Of a stretch of DNA of 64,000 bases, positions 18,599-29,117 are shown in pieces. This stretch comes from a virus (Duplodnaviria > Caudoviricetes): IMG/VR virus record IMGVR_UViG_3300024331_000152, positions 1 through 64,000 of that record. One strand, given 5' to 3'. Below the pieces are notes generated by a model. The model had not been told where the DNA came from. It worked only from the letters and a program-made list of their open reading frames with translations, and made no database searches. The translations under genes and the position numbers were made by a program. Positions within the stretch are counted from its first letter, which is position 1; every line of letters starts with the position of its first letter.

Positions 18599-21526
18599 AT
18601 GCCTACACCAAAAAGAGCCACCGTCTTCGACACCAACGGCAAGCTTCTCGACGTAGATCCGAATGATCTTGAGAGCGTGCTTAACGACGGTGCCGAGCGC
18701 GCGGTTGACATGTACGATCCTACGCATCCGACCACGAAGCATTGGACGGTTCGGCAGAGCGATGTTCCGGATGCGCTTAAAGATGGCGCGTACATCCTGA
18801 ACCCAGAAGATTTTACGCGTAACGACCTGATGCCGACGCCTCAAGGCACGTACAAGATGCTCGGCCCGGGCGGCAAGAATCCTGTACCAGTTCCTTACAG
18901 CATGATTGGCAGCGCGGCCAAAAATGGCTACGTCATGGACGCAGTTGATCGCGAGCGTTATTTGAGAGATGCCGCCGCTGATCCTGCACTGAAAGATATA
19001 AAGCTGCGCCCGGGTGTTAAGGCCGCAGGCCGCAATACGGCTGGGCAAGTCATGGTTGCTCCAGATATGCCGGAGAAGCCCGGAGCTTGGGCAAGTCTCG
19101 GTAATACGCTCGCACAAGGTGCGATGGGAGTCGCTCACCTTATTGATCCAGCTCCAAATCAGGAAGAGCTACAACAAGCGGAGAAGTCTGGACCTATCGG
19201 AAAGTTATACGATGCTGCAACATGGCTTCCTCAGCGTTTAGTCCGACCGAATTTCACCGAATCTCAGCGTGCAGACGAAGAGAAGCAGGCGGGCAATAAC
19301 TACGAAGCCACGATGCATGCAGCCGCATCCGGAGTTCCTTTCCTTGGGCCGATGGCTGAAGGCATGCGCGAGGGGTTTGCGCAGGATGAATCAACCGGTA
19401 CCCCTTGGGAAGTAACGAAATCTCTTGCAGGATCAGGCGTCGGCAATGCTCTCCTTATCGAGGCACCGCACCTCGCAGCACCTCTCGGAGATGTCCTAAC
19501 AAGCGCCGCCAAGTCGGCAGGCTTCCGTGACGCCGTACATAATCTTCCCGGTATTGATCTTGCAAAGAAAACGCAGGGCTATATTGAGAATTTCGGCAAA
19601 GAGTCGGAGGATGTCAGAAAAAACAATCAAGCCGCAGAAGAGCAGACCTTGAATGCGCGTGGAGAGGTAGAGGACGCAAACCAAAAAGCGCAGCAACAAT
19701 ACAGCGACGACCTGAATGCACACAACCAAAAGGTCGCAAACCTCAAAAAGAAGCACGAAAACACCATCGCGCAAAATCAGCAGAAGCACGCTGATGCACT
19801 TCAGGCTCATCAAGACCTGACTAAACAGACGCAGGCTGAAAATATCAAAGCTCAACAGAATCACATCTCTACTGTTGAGCAGATTGCGCGCGATAAAGAA
19901 GCGGCGCAAGGCATCGATAGTCAGCGTCAGATGCTGCAAAATCGAGCCGCGATCAATGCTAATGAGCTTCAAAAGAGAATCGACACGGCGGAGAGTGATG
20001 CGAAGACTGCTAACGATCAGGCGTGGAACGCGTGGCGTGACAAGCTAAATAAGAGTGCCGCTGAATCCGGCCAACAACAGGCCGTCGCAGACATGTCTCC
20101 AGTAGTAAAGGAGATTAACGATCAATCAGTAAACATGACTCCGTCGCAGGTAACACAGTTCCGCGACATTTTAAAACAAGCTGCTCCAGAAGCTGGAGGA
20201 GTCACTGAGCTTCAGAAGCTCCGGAATGACATTGCCAAAAACAATTTTGGCGGGACAAGCTACGACGAACTCAGTCCTAAGAAAAAAGAAGCGGCAGACA
20301 AGATGGTTGAGCAAGTCAACCTAGACCTTGCTGCGCAGGCTAAACAAGGTGGAGGCGGACAGGTAGCGGGATTAGAGGTTCCGGCGAGCCGCCTGCATGG
20401 ATGGAAGTCAGAGCTTGAGCGTGCAGTACGGAATACGGAAGGCAACGTTCAGCACGCCGTTGGTCAGGTGCTCGACAGGGTTCGTGAACTCGAAGTAGAC
20501 GTTTCGAAGAAATACGGTGCCGATGCAGAACTTGCGGCAGCGCGTAAGCTTCATGGACCGTACGTGGAGAACTTCGTTAATTCTCCTAATCAGCCGTCAA
20601 CGAACGCCAACACCCTTGTTAAAGATGTGCATCCGGACTATGCAAGCACAAACAAACTCCTAGAAAAAGGAAAGAACCTTGGCGGATACGATCCAAAAAT
20701 TCCGGAGCTTGTTCAGTCAATCCAGAACGACCTAAGTACCATAAAGCAACTTCCGAGCGAGAGTAAAGTTCGCGAAATGATGTCGCAACAACCTCCGGAG
20801 CCGCCGAAGCCGAAATCTCTGCCGAAGCCTCCTATGCCGCCGTTGCCGCCGAACGAGCCGGTATATCCGCAACCTCCTAAGCCTCCTGATCTAAAAGAGT
20901 ACAAGCAGCCGAAACCGACAGAGCCACTTCCAGACGCTGCTGATATCGGCAAGAAGATGTACAACGAGATCCACTGGGGTCTCCGTAAATACGGCGGAAT
21001 CGGTCCGTGGGTACTTCGCAGCATCATTGGCGGCGAAGCAATCAACATGCTGTTCCATGGGCACTTGAGCACGTTCGGAACAACGATGCTCATTGGCCAG
21101 ACGGCAGTATCCCTCATTACTCACGCTCTTCGCAGAGAGAGCGTTTTGAAGTTCTTGGCGCAGCCAACCGCCGAAGAACTCAAGATGCTTGATTCTCTGT
21201 CTGGGCCAGATCAGGCACGCGTTCGCCAAGTGTTCGGCGCGCTCGCAGCAAAGGATGCGGAGCGGCTGGGCGGCAAGCCTATGCCCTCATTTAATCCGCG
21301 TATGGCGCAATTCTTGCTGGGCTCTGCGGTCGGACAGAAGCAGCCGACACTTGCAGATCTCAAGAAAGAGGCAGAGGAACGCAAGCCAGATCTTCCGGAG
21401 CCAGAACAGCAAGCTGCACCGAACGAACCGGAACCAGAAGAAGAGCCCGGACCCCAAAGTAACGGTGCCAAGCCAGTTTGGACGCATGTTTTTGATGAAA
21501 ACACAGGTAGAATCGTTCCCGTATAG
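18599..21526 (+). CDS. Putative ejection/internal virion protein (coiled-coil, Pro-rich)
   Basis: 975 aa; long coiled coil, poly-Pro tract. Confidence 0.55.
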   Translation: MPTPKRATVFDTNGKLLDVDPNDLESVLNDGAERAVDMYDPTHPTTKHWTVRQSDVPDALKDGAYILNPEDFTRNDLMPTPQGTYKMLGPGGKNPVPVPYSMIGSAAKNGYVMDAVDRERYLRDAAADPALKDIKLRPGVKAAGRNTAGQVMVAPDMPEKPGAWASLGNTLAQGAMGVAHLIDPAPNQEELQQAEKSGPIGKLYDAATWLPQRLVRPNFTESQRADEEKQAGNNYEATMHAAASGVPFLGPMAEGMREGFAQDESTGTPWEVTKSLAGSGVGNALLIEAPHLAAPLGDVLTSAAKSAGFRDAVHNLPGIDLAKKTQGYIENFGKESEDVRKNNQAAEEQTLNARGEVEDANQKAQQQYSDDLNAHNQKVANLKKKHENTIAQNQQKHADALQAHQDLTKQTQAENIKAQQNHISTVEQIARDKEAAQGIDSQRQMLQNRAAINANELQKRIDTAESDAKTANDQAWNAWRDKLNKSAAESGQQQAVADMSPVVKEINDQSVNMTPSQVTQFRDILKQAAPEAGGVTELQKLRNDIAKNNFGGTSYDELSPKKKEAADKMVEQVNLDLAAQAKQGGGGQVAGLEVPASRLHGWKSELERAVRNTEGNVQHAVGQVLDRVRELEVDVSKKYGADAELAAARKLHGPYVENFVNSPNQPSTNANTLVKDVHPDYASTNKLLEKGKNLGGYDPKIPELVQSIQNDLSTIKQLPSESKVREMMSQQPPEPPKPKSLPKPPMPPLPPNEPVYPQPPKPPDLKEYKQPKPTEPLPDAADIGKKMYNEIHWGLRKYGGIGPWVLRSIIGGEAINMLFHGHLSTFGTTMLIGQTAVSLITHALRRESVLKFLAQPTAEELKMLDSLSGPDQARVRQVFGALAAKDAERLGGKPMPSFNPRMAQFLLGSAVGQKQPTLADLKKEAEERKPDLPEPEQQAAPNEPEPEEEPGPQSNGAKPVWTHVFDENTGRIVPV

Positions 21527-21536
21527 GTGAGGATCA

Positions 21537-24500
21537 ATGGCAGCAGACGACCAGAAGGGTTGGCAGTGGCAGTACGCCAAGCCGGGTCCGTACGCGACAT
21601 CCCTAAATCCTCAAGATGAGCAGGGATTCCAGCAGTGGGTGTCGCAGAATAAGATACCGTGGCAAGATTCACCGAGCGCCGACTACGATATGCGTGGCTA
21701 CTACAAAGCCATGAAGTCAGGCGATCCGCTTGCTGCGCGCGCCGCTTCTAATCAGCATTTTCCGGACAAATGGAAGACTCCATATCACCAGTCATTCTCC
21801 AATGAATCGATGTACTCGCAACCGGGAGCACCGGCATGGAAAGAGAATCAGCTCATCGATCCTTCCGGCAAGGTTCTATTCGACGAAAATGCGCCGCAGC
21901 CGCAGAAAAAAGTAGTCAAGGTCGGCGATCATGTGGTCGCTTTCCCGGGACACTTTGACGATTCGCGAATCAACAATGCGATCAAGGCATTTCGAGCCCA
22001 ACAGCAACCCATTCAACCGACCGCAGCTCAAATTCACACGCGCGATACTAATCCGCACTTCGCGCCGATGCAAACTGATTCTAGCGAGGCTGTAAGGCAG
22101 AGCGGCGGCGCGACACCGCAACTACCACCACCATCGCGGGACAACTTGCGGCAGTATGTTCAGGAGAAGACAGAGCCTGTCGATACCACAAAAGTTTCGC
22201 GTGGCGCTCTGGGTATTGGCCTTACTAACGATTACGCGCTAAACACGATCAAGCGTGCAGGCCGCATGCTATTCGGAATGGCAGATTTCCCTGTGCAAAT
22301 GGCACAGACAATTCCGAACCTATTCTCAGATGACCCAAATGTATCCTCGGAAGCTGAAGGTCAGTTGCTCTCTGCTCACCCGGGAGCGATGGTATCGGAT
22401 CGCATTAAGGAACTACAGTCAGACTGGCAAAAATCGAAAGCTCTCGCTGGAACCAACCTCGCCGGTGACGCGCTAGGCTTTTATCTTGGCGGAAAAATAA
22501 ATCACGGCATTGAGTCGGTGCCTTTTGAGGAAACTCCGCCGCGCGCCAACACACGACCGGTCATCTCCAACTCAATTGGCGATCTTCGCATCGGTACAGA
22601 TGGCGTACCGACTGTGTGGCTTAGCCCTAAGGGATGGGATGCATGGATGAAAGTTTCCCATCCTGAAGAGAATCCTGCTCAAATCCACGGCATGAGCGTG
22701 AGAGCGGATGACGCTCTTCGCAATATGTTTTCCTCGCAAGCAAATCCCACACCAGAATGGCTTCAGGTTCAACATCTGGTGAATACTGCGCACGACATGG
22801 CGCAGAATTCGAATGCTTATGCGTTCTTAAAGAGAACGCCAGATGCTCACGTAAACGTATTGCCAGAAGAAAAATACCATACATACCAGCGCAATCTGGC
22901 AACCAACGGTCTTATTCGGACACATCTTCCAGAGCAGTCTTTCAATACAGTCGCCGCCGCGATACCGGAGCCTACGCGCGTAGCTTTGGCTCAGCAGGGA
23001 TACAACGTCAACGACCCGGCGTCGATGGTAGTGGAGACGGCAGCAAAATATCTCTCCAATGATCTAAACGGAGCTACGCCGGAGCAGGCAAATCAATTTC
23101 TGAGCACATATTTCGATGAAGTCAAGAAGGCTCACGGGCCGAACGCTCTCGATAGGCTCGAAAAGACACGCGTGGCACTCGCGCAGATGCAGGAGCAAAT
23201 CAATGGCGAACACAAGCTTTGGAGTCAGCGTGCCAACAGCCCCAATGCTCAGCCAAGCGTACCAAGCGTGGGAGCAGGGCCGACTCCTCAAGTATCTCCA
23301 GCAACAGCAACAACAGCAAACCCAATCCCCGAGCCAGTCTTTCAACGCTCAGCAGGCGTAGAGACGCCAACCGCCACGCCAACGCCTGAGAGCGTTCAGC
23401 GTGAGGCCAACTTCCGCGATCCGAACAACTGGATTGCTGCCGGTGCGCGTGAGTTCCTTGCACGTGAAGGCCGCACAATGAGCCCACACACGTACTCGCC
23501 TCTCGATTTCCGGAGCAAGGAGATTGCAGACGCGTACAACAACATGCAGCACAATCCCAACGATCCGAAGGTTAAGGCCGCGTACGATTCAATGAAGGCG
23601 GATATCGACAAGCAGTGGGATTATGCAACCCAGAACATGGGAATTAAGTTTGATCCATCGAAGGAGAATCCATACGCGAACTCACAGGAGATGGTGAACG
23701 ACGTCAAAAACAACCATCACCTTTCGTTCTACCAAGGCGGCGACATGCCATCCGATCACCCGCTCGCTCAGGTCGATCCTAAAACTGGACTCACATACAA
23801 CGACAAGCTACGCGCAATTCACGATCTCTTTGGGCACGCAATGGAGGGTTATCAGTTTGGACCTCGCGGTGAAGAGAATGCATGGATCTCGCACGCGCAG
23901 ATGTTCTCTCCTGAATCATTGCCTGCGGTCACAACCGAGACGAAAGGGCAGAACTCGTGGGTTAATGCTGGACCGCATCTTCGCGACGCGAACGGCAACA
24001 TTATCCAGCCCGGACAGCCCGGATACATTCCCCCACCGCAGCGCCCGTTCGCCGAACAGAAAGCCGGTCTCCTGCCAGATCGTTTCCACTACAGAAACGA
24101 CGCGCCGGTCTCGTTTATCAGCCCTAATACGATGGATCTGTCGCTTCCTGAGGCACAGCAGAGGATGAATTCAGTCATCCAGAAACGCTTTGCCGGAGCA
24201 TCCCGCGATCTCGCAAACCAGCTTGGTCTGCAACCATCTGTTCGTCCAGCTTTGGGATCTTGGGAAGGTGGCGCTGAGAACTCCGTAATTCACCAATTCC
24301 CGGTCGGAACCGATCCGGATATGGTTCGTTACTATAATTCAATTCTCGGCAAACTTGGTTACCAATACTCAACAGGATCGTTCTTCCCGGGTGAAGGAGC
24401 TGACCATGTCTATCTATTCTGGACAGATAAAGGCGACACTGCCGGAGTAGCTAAGACGTTACTTGATCATGGCATCCAAAATAGTACAATAGAGCCAGCC

Positions 24501-27164
24501 GATGGTGGTCATGTTATCTACCTCGTCGGCAGTGGTGATGACTTCCGTGGCAACGTGGATCAAGCAGCCAAAGTGCTTGGACACACAGGAGAGATCGAAG
24601 ACCATGCCGGAACCGCAGAATTCCCCGGGAACTCAAGCAGCCGGGACGCAGCAGCAAGAGACTTTAGTGCAGCGGCTGAAGCGCTTGAGTCAAAACACCC
24701 AGAGTGGAAACAGATTCGTGAAGGGTTCGAGTCTCGGCCCGATATCAATTCACTCCGCCAGCTCATCCAATCCACCCACGAAGTAACCGATCCAACGACC
24801 GGTGTTGTCCACTACTCGAACACGCCGGGGATCGACCAACTCGATCCGTCCTACTACGGCCAGAATAAGACGCACGACGTCAGCGGCTCGGTAATTGATC
24901 GTCCAGATCTAAGACGGAAACAGAGTTTCCCGACCTACTGGAACCCAGAGACCTACGTCGGCGAAGAAGCAAGCCCTGCATTCCACGACAAAGCGAACGA
25001 GCGCTTCAGTGCTCGGAACTACACCTACAAGGGCAAGGTCCCGACACAGGGGATCTACGATCTCGCTTCCGATCCGGACGGTATTCTCGATCTCTCGCGT
25101 AAAGAGTTAGAGAACAAGAACATTCGGAAGCTCGGTGTACGCCTCCAACCTAGTGACAATGAAGTCAAAGCGTATGCGATCAAGAAACTGAAGGATCTCG
25201 GCTATTCTGGCCGTCGCGACGTAAATGGGCTCATTGCGTCTTGGGACAAGATACCGGTACAAGATGCAAACGTGCCGCCAGCGGCGGACATCAGTCAGCA
25301 TCTTGCAAACCTTCGCGAGCAGGCAGAGCAGCGCGATCCAGACACCTTCAAGCGCACGTGGAAGCAGATCTCGAATTACCTCACTGACGATGAGCTTGGC
25401 CGATACGACACAAACGAGAAGCAGAAGAAAATCGTCGATGCAGTGAACGCCATGCCATCGCCTGAGGAGTGGGACGCGGCAGTCAAGGCTGGAATCTCCG
25501 GCAAGCTCTGGTACGAGCGCTCGTCACGTGCTTTCGATGCGTTGGTTGAGTCGCAGCCGGACATGTTCCGCAAAACCGACAAGGAGAAGTTCCTGAACTT
25601 CGTTGCTGCGCTCTCGCCGGTACAGCCGGTGCGCGCGAATCTTCTCATGGCAGTAAATCTGTGGGATAAGTGGAACAAGGCCGGTCGTCCGGTGGATGTT
25701 GTCTGGAAAGATCCGAAGAACTTCAGCGGCATTGCCAGCAAGAACTCATCGCTCTATCGCATTCTGAAGGGCGGACGCAACACCTACGGCGTCGATTTGC
25801 CTGCGCGCATGAGCAACGGTATCCGCGCGCTACAGGATCAGCCTCTGAGCGGTCCTAAGGTGTCGGCATTCGCCCCGAATCTTGGTACGGATGTGGCGAG
25901 GTCCACATTCAAGCGTGACCGCCGCACTAATGACGCCCTCCGCAAGCGCATCGACGAGATGTCGCCAGATGAGATGCGCCATCTACTGCTCCACAGCCAC
26001 GTCGTCGATCTACCGAACACTCGGTCGTTTGATGAAGCTGAAATGAAGAGCCCCGCGCCCGCAGTGGCGATGTCTGACGCAGACGGGCTCAAGGCGTTCA
26101 ATGACAAATTTGGATATGAGGCAGGTAATGCACTATTGAAGGCAAAAGCTGACGCGTTGAAGCAGGCTGGTCTCGACGCGTACCACGATAAGGGTGATGA
26201 ATTCCTCTATCGCGGCAACTCGCCCGATGAGCTGAAAGGCAAACTGGAGAAGGCCCGGGAGATTCTTCGCAACAAGGTGTTCGATGTAACGATGGATGAC
26301 GGATCTACCGTCCAGTTGAAGGGAGTTGATTTCAGCTATGGAGTCGGCAAAGACCTCGACGAAGCAGAGTCAGGGCAACATTCTCACAAAGCAGTACGCG
26401 AAGCTCGGGGTGAACGTGGACCACGTGGTGAGCTTGGACCAATTACTCAAATCCCCAAAGAAGATCAAGTCGATCAAGGTGCGCAAAATTCCACCTCTGT
26501 ATCAAAAGGACCCGCCGACCTCGCAGCCCTAAGGCAGGAAGCGGAAGCACGCAACCCAGACACCGCGTTCAAGCGCGAACCTCAGAAGTATCATCAGCTT
26601 GCTTATGTAAATCCTCGGTCTAGTTTAGGTTTACCTAATTCTGCTGCACTGGTAAGTTCTGATGGAACAGTAGTTCATGGAAAATGGCACGAAACCTTGG
26701 CAGACGATCTCGGGTACGATACGCGCCATCCATGGGAAAAGAAGTTTTTCTCGGATGGAGGAATTCGTATCCGTGCCAATAAAGGAGAAGTAAACATTGA
26801 GTTCGGTAAAGACGACCCGGAAACCCTAGATAGGGTCCGCAATACTATCAACTCGCTTCGTGGTAGTAAGTTTTTGCTTAATTTTAGTGGCAAAGATCTT
26901 GCTTATTGGAACGGTAATAAGGAATTGGTGCTGCAAAAACTAGATGATTTCGAAAACGGTCGAAATAAATTGACTCCGCAATACGGCAGTGCAGCATACT
27001 TCCGCTCGATCCCGGATACGGCGTTTAAAAAAGGAAAAAGTGGTAACAATATCCAGAAACTAGACGATGTGAAAGCCGAAGCCGTAAAACGCTCTCCAAC
27101 CGGCGCGGTCGCGGCGGCAGCGCTGTCAGGCCGTAACCAGCAGAACAACCAACCGTCAAAGTAA
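21537..27164 (+). CDS. Large polyvalent (internal virion) protein with GGDEF-like domain
   Basis: 1875 aa mosaic; RAIHDLFGH..F.PRGEENAW domain; WYE..AALSP..V.AN..GPKVSAF..NL domain; LPN.R.F..D.DGLKAFNDKFGYEAGNALL..KGDEF..FSYG. Confidence 0.75.
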   Translation: MAADDQKGWQWQYAKPGPYATSLNPQDEQGFQQWVSQNKIPWQDSPSADYDMRGYYKAMKSGDPLAARAASNQHFPDKWKTPYHQSFSNESMYSQPGAPAWKENQLIDPSGKVLFDENAPQPQKKVVKVGDHVVAFPGHFDDSRINNAIKAFRAQQQPIQPTAAQIHTRDTNPHFAPMQTDSSEAVRQSGGATPQLPPPSRDNLRQYVQEKTEPVDTTKVSRGALGIGLTNDYALNTIKRAGRMLFGMADFPVQMAQTIPNLFSDDPNVSSEAEGQLLSAHPGAMVSDRIKELQSDWQKSKALAGTNLAGDALGFYLGGKINHGIESVPFEETPPRANTRPVISNSIGDLRIGTDGVPTVWLSPKGWDAWMKVSHPEENPAQIHGMSVRADDALRNMFSSQANPTPEWLQVQHLVNTAHDMAQNSNAYAFLKRTPDAHVNVLPEEKYHTYQRNLATNGLIRTHLPEQSFNTVAAAIPEPTRVALAQQGYNVNDPASMVVETAAKYLSNDLNGATPEQANQFLSTYFDEVKKAHGPNALDRLEKTRVALAQMQEQINGEHKLWSQRANSPNAQPSVPSVGAGPTPQVSPATATTANPIPEPVFQRSAGVETPTATPTPESVQREANFRDPNNWIAAGAREFLAREGRTMSPHTYSPLDFRSKEIADAYNNMQHNPNDPKVKAAYDSMKADIDKQWDYATQNMGIKFDPSKENPYANSQEMVNDVKNNHHLSFYQGGDMPSDHPLAQVDPKTGLTYNDKLRAIHDLFGHAMEGYQFGPRGEENAWISHAQMFSPESLPAVTTETKGQNSWVNAGPHLRDANGNIIQPGQPGYIPPPQRPFAEQKAGLLPDRFHYRNDAPVSFISPNTMDLSLPEAQQRMNSVIQKRFAGASRDLANQLGLQPSVRPALGSWEGGAENSVIHQFPVGTDPDMVRYYNSILGKLGYQYSTGSFFPGEGADHVYLFWTDKGDTAGVAKTLLDHGIQNSTIEPADGGHVIYLVGSGDDFRGNVDQAAKVLGHTGEIEDHAGTAEFPGNSSSRDAAARDFSAAAEALESKHPEWKQIREGFESRPDINSLRQLIQSTHEVTDPTTGVVHYSNTPGIDQLDPSYYGQNKTHDVSGSVIDRPDLRRKQSFPTYWNPETYVGEEASPAFHDKANERFSARNYTYKGKVPTQGIYDLASDPDGILDLSRKELENKNIRKLGVRLQPSDNEVKAYAIKKLKDLGYSGRRDVNGLIASWDKIPVQDANVPPAADISQHLANLREQAEQRDPDTFKRTWKQISNYLTDDELGRYDTNEKQKKIVDAVNAMPSPEEWDAAVKAGISGKLWYERSSRAFDALVESQPDMFRKTDKEKFLNFVAALSPVQPVRANLLMAVNLWDKWNKAGRPVDVVWKDPKNFSGIASKNSSLYRILKGGRNTYGVDLPARMSNGIRALQDQPLSGPKVSAFAPNLGTDVARSTFKRDRRTNDALRKRIDEMSPDEMRHLLLHSHVVDLPNTRSFDEAEMKSPAPAVAMSDADGLKAFNDKFGYEAGNALLKAKADALKQAGLDAYHDKGDEFLYRGNSPDELKGKLEKAREILRNKVFDVTMDDGSTVQLKGVDFSYGVGKDLDEAESGQHSHKAVREARGERGPRGELGPITQIPKEDQVDQGAQNSTSVSKGPADLAALRQEAEARNPDTAFKREPQKYHQLAYVNPRSSLGLPNSAALVSSDGTVVHGKWHETLADDLGYDTRHPWEKKFFSDGGIRIRANKGEVNIEFGKDDPETLDRVRNTINSLRGSKFLLNFSGKDLAYWNGNKELVLQKLDDFENGRNKLTPQYGSAAYFRSIPDTAFKKGKSGNNIQKLDDVKAEAVKRSPTGAVAAAALSGRNQQNNQPSK

Positions 27165-27201
27165 TCTTGCCAAACTCTGCGCTTCGGATGACACTATATG
27201 C

Positions 27202-27462
27202 ATGATCCGGAGACGCTGTATCCTCGACCACTCGAAGAAATATTGCGAGCATGTCGGTTGTGATCTGCTCGCCGAATGGAAGCTCGATCTCCCCGAAGGC
27301 CGTACAGCCTACGCCTCCTATGAGCACATGATGACCGCTCTTGCGCGGAACCGCGAACTCAAAGAAGATCTCGCCCGCCGATCCCATAAACTGTCTCCTG
27401 AACGCTGGCAATACCTCGAACGACTATCCAAATGCCGATGGACCCCACTGCCAAGGTACTAG
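27202..27462 (+). CDS. Hypothetical protein
   Basis: ORF directly after a candidate promoter. Confidence 0.4.
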   Translation: MIRRRCILDHSKKYCEHVGCDLLAEWKLDLPEGRTAYASYEHMMTALARNRELKEDLARRSHKLSPERWQYLERLSKCRWTPLPRY

Positions 27463-28373
27463 AGATCTTCGAACGCTGCGCCCGGGCCGAGTTCTGGAAC
27501 CGGGATTACGAGAAGGCGTCTTGGGAAGACACCAAGCTCCTTCAGGAGGCCGTCCGCCGCGCGTTGCTTTCCACGCGTGCCGATTTTGGCGAGCAGGCTG
27601 GTGAAGAGCTGATGGGCCTCGTCCGCGACATCGAGATCGATACCAAATACCCCCAAACGATGTACGACCAAGCCATGAGTCTGGCCTGTTTGGCGGATAT
27701 CCTTTCCTGCGCACTCAGGAAGCCCACAGAAAACCCGTGGCGCGTCCCGGAGCCAGTGGAGGTAGGCAAGTACCTCTGGCGGTCCGGCGCGCTCCTCGCG
27801 CCCTCTAGGCAGGAATTACGCCGAATTGTTTTGGTCTCGAACTGGTCGGACGACCGGCACTACTCCGAATGCCGCTCTTGGCTGTCTTTTGGGGAGGTTT
27901 GTGCCTATAACCTGCCCATGAAGATCGCAGTCTGCGTGATCGGCCAGAAGCGTGACGGGTACCGGCACTCACACTGGACAAAAGCTCATGCCCATCCGTT
28001 CAACAAGAACGTCCGCTTTCGGAAGAAACACAAGGTCGCCGAAGGGTTCAAGGAGACATGGAGTGAGGTTTGGCGTGTAGACGACGACAAGTTTTCCACA
28101 ATGGAATGGCTGCAAGCTATGCATACGGATGGAGTTCTGGAGGATGTGTGTTTCTCTGTGGATCTCCCGGTGCCTGAGCCCGCGATCCGGGAGCGCATTC
28201 TCGATCTGGCCGTCCGGAAACTGGACTTGATCGAACGAACCAAAGAGCTTCCAGAAGAACAGCTAACGGGATGCTTTTGGCCGGTGAGGTGCCCGTTTAT
28301 TGGAGCTTGTATGAAGGGCGAAAAGCCAAACCGTAGACACGGAATTGTCACGCGGATACGCGACGCCGTCTAG
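27432..28373 (+). CDS. Cas4/PD-(D/E)XK-like hypothetical protein
   Basis: N-terminal FERCAR and C-terminal C....CPF...C resemble split Fe-S ligands of Cas4/AddB-like nucleases; catalytic motif unclear. Confidence 0.4.
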   Translation: MPMDPTAKVLEIFERCARAEFWNRDYEKASWEDTKLLQEAVRRALLSTRADFGEQAGEELMGLVRDIEIDTKYPQTMYDQAMSLACLADILSCALRKPTENPWRVPEPVEVGKYLWRSGALLAPSRQELRRIVLVSNWSDDRHYSECRSWLSFGEVCAYNLPMKIAVCVIGQKRDGYRHSHWTKAHAHPFNKNVRFRKKHKVAEGFKETWSEVWRVDDDKFSTMEWLQAMHTDGVLEDVCFSVDLPVPEPAIRERILDLAVRKLDLIERTKELPEEQLTGCFWPVRCPFIGACMKGEKPNRRHGIVTRIRDAV

Positions 28374-28857
28374 GGCGGCGGTTATTAGCTTGTTCTTTCG
28401 CCGTAGCCCATTTACAGTTTCCCGGTTCGTAATTGCCGTCGTTGTTCATCCGTTCGAGCGATAATCCAACCGGACGAGGACCCATGTCGGCAAGAAAATT
28501 CTCAAAATCCATCCACCGCTGGCACACCTTAATGCCGCGTCCGCCGTAATTTTGCCATTCCCTTCTGTTTGGATTCGTACACCGCGTAAACATAGCAAGC
28601 CAGCTATAGTATTCCGGAGTTTGCTGGTAGCCGCGAGTGTGCCCGTGTCGGAGGTTTATCGTATAGCGATTTTCGATTTCGCCGCATCCACAACTCGCGA
28701 CCTCTCCAGAAGTAAGGTTGCAGGATGTTGCGATTGTGGTCTTTCCACAGATGCAGCTACATTGCCAGCGCGAGTGTCTATGATTGTCGCTACCAGCGTA
28801 CGCAACCACAGTTAACCTGCCAAATTTCAAGCCGACTTTATTTCTGAAGATCCCCAT
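28348..28857 (-). CDS. HNH-type homing endonuclease-like protein
   Basis: G.KFGRLTV..W.C.C.CG..SCGC, W.AM..RC.NP....YGGRGIKVC.RW..FENFLADMG.RP...SLER.NNDGNYEPGNC.WAT..EQANN. Confidence 0.9.
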   Translation of the reverse strand: MGIFRNKVGLKFGRLTVVAYAGSDNHRHSRWQCSCICGKTTIATSCNLTSGEVASCGCGEIENRYTINLRHGHTRGYQQTPEYYSWLAMFTRCTNPNRREWQNYGGRGIKVCQRWMDFENFLADMGPRPVGLSLERMNNDGNYEPGNCKWATAKEQANNRRPRRRRVSA

Positions 28858-29110
28858 TATGTTCCTTTATGAAGACTTCGGGAAGAGTGGCGCGTAGCTT
28901 CCGCTCCAGCTTGGGACACCGCACGATGTAGATCGCAAGCTTTATCCGAGTTTCAACTCCCAGAACTTCACGTGCTATGAAGATTTGCTTGCTGACAGTT
29001 GTTGGATGAGATTTAGTGATCTTGGCGATCTCGTCGTTCTCCATGCCGACTGCAACCAGTGCACACACTTGTCGCTCACGCGGCGTGAGCCGCGTATAGA
29101 ACTCTTCAGG
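28838..29110 (-). CDS. LuxR-type HTH protein (start uncertain)
   Basis: In-frame LTPRERQV..LVAVGMEN.EIA......TV.......LGVETR; no ATG upstream of LTPRE in this frame. Confidence 0.7.
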   Translation of the reverse strand, partial: PEEFYTRLTPRERQVCALVAVGMENDEIAKITKSHPTTVSKQIFIAREVLGVETRIKLAIYIVRCPKLERKLRATLPEVFIKEHNGDLQK

Positions 29111-29117
29111 ACATAAT

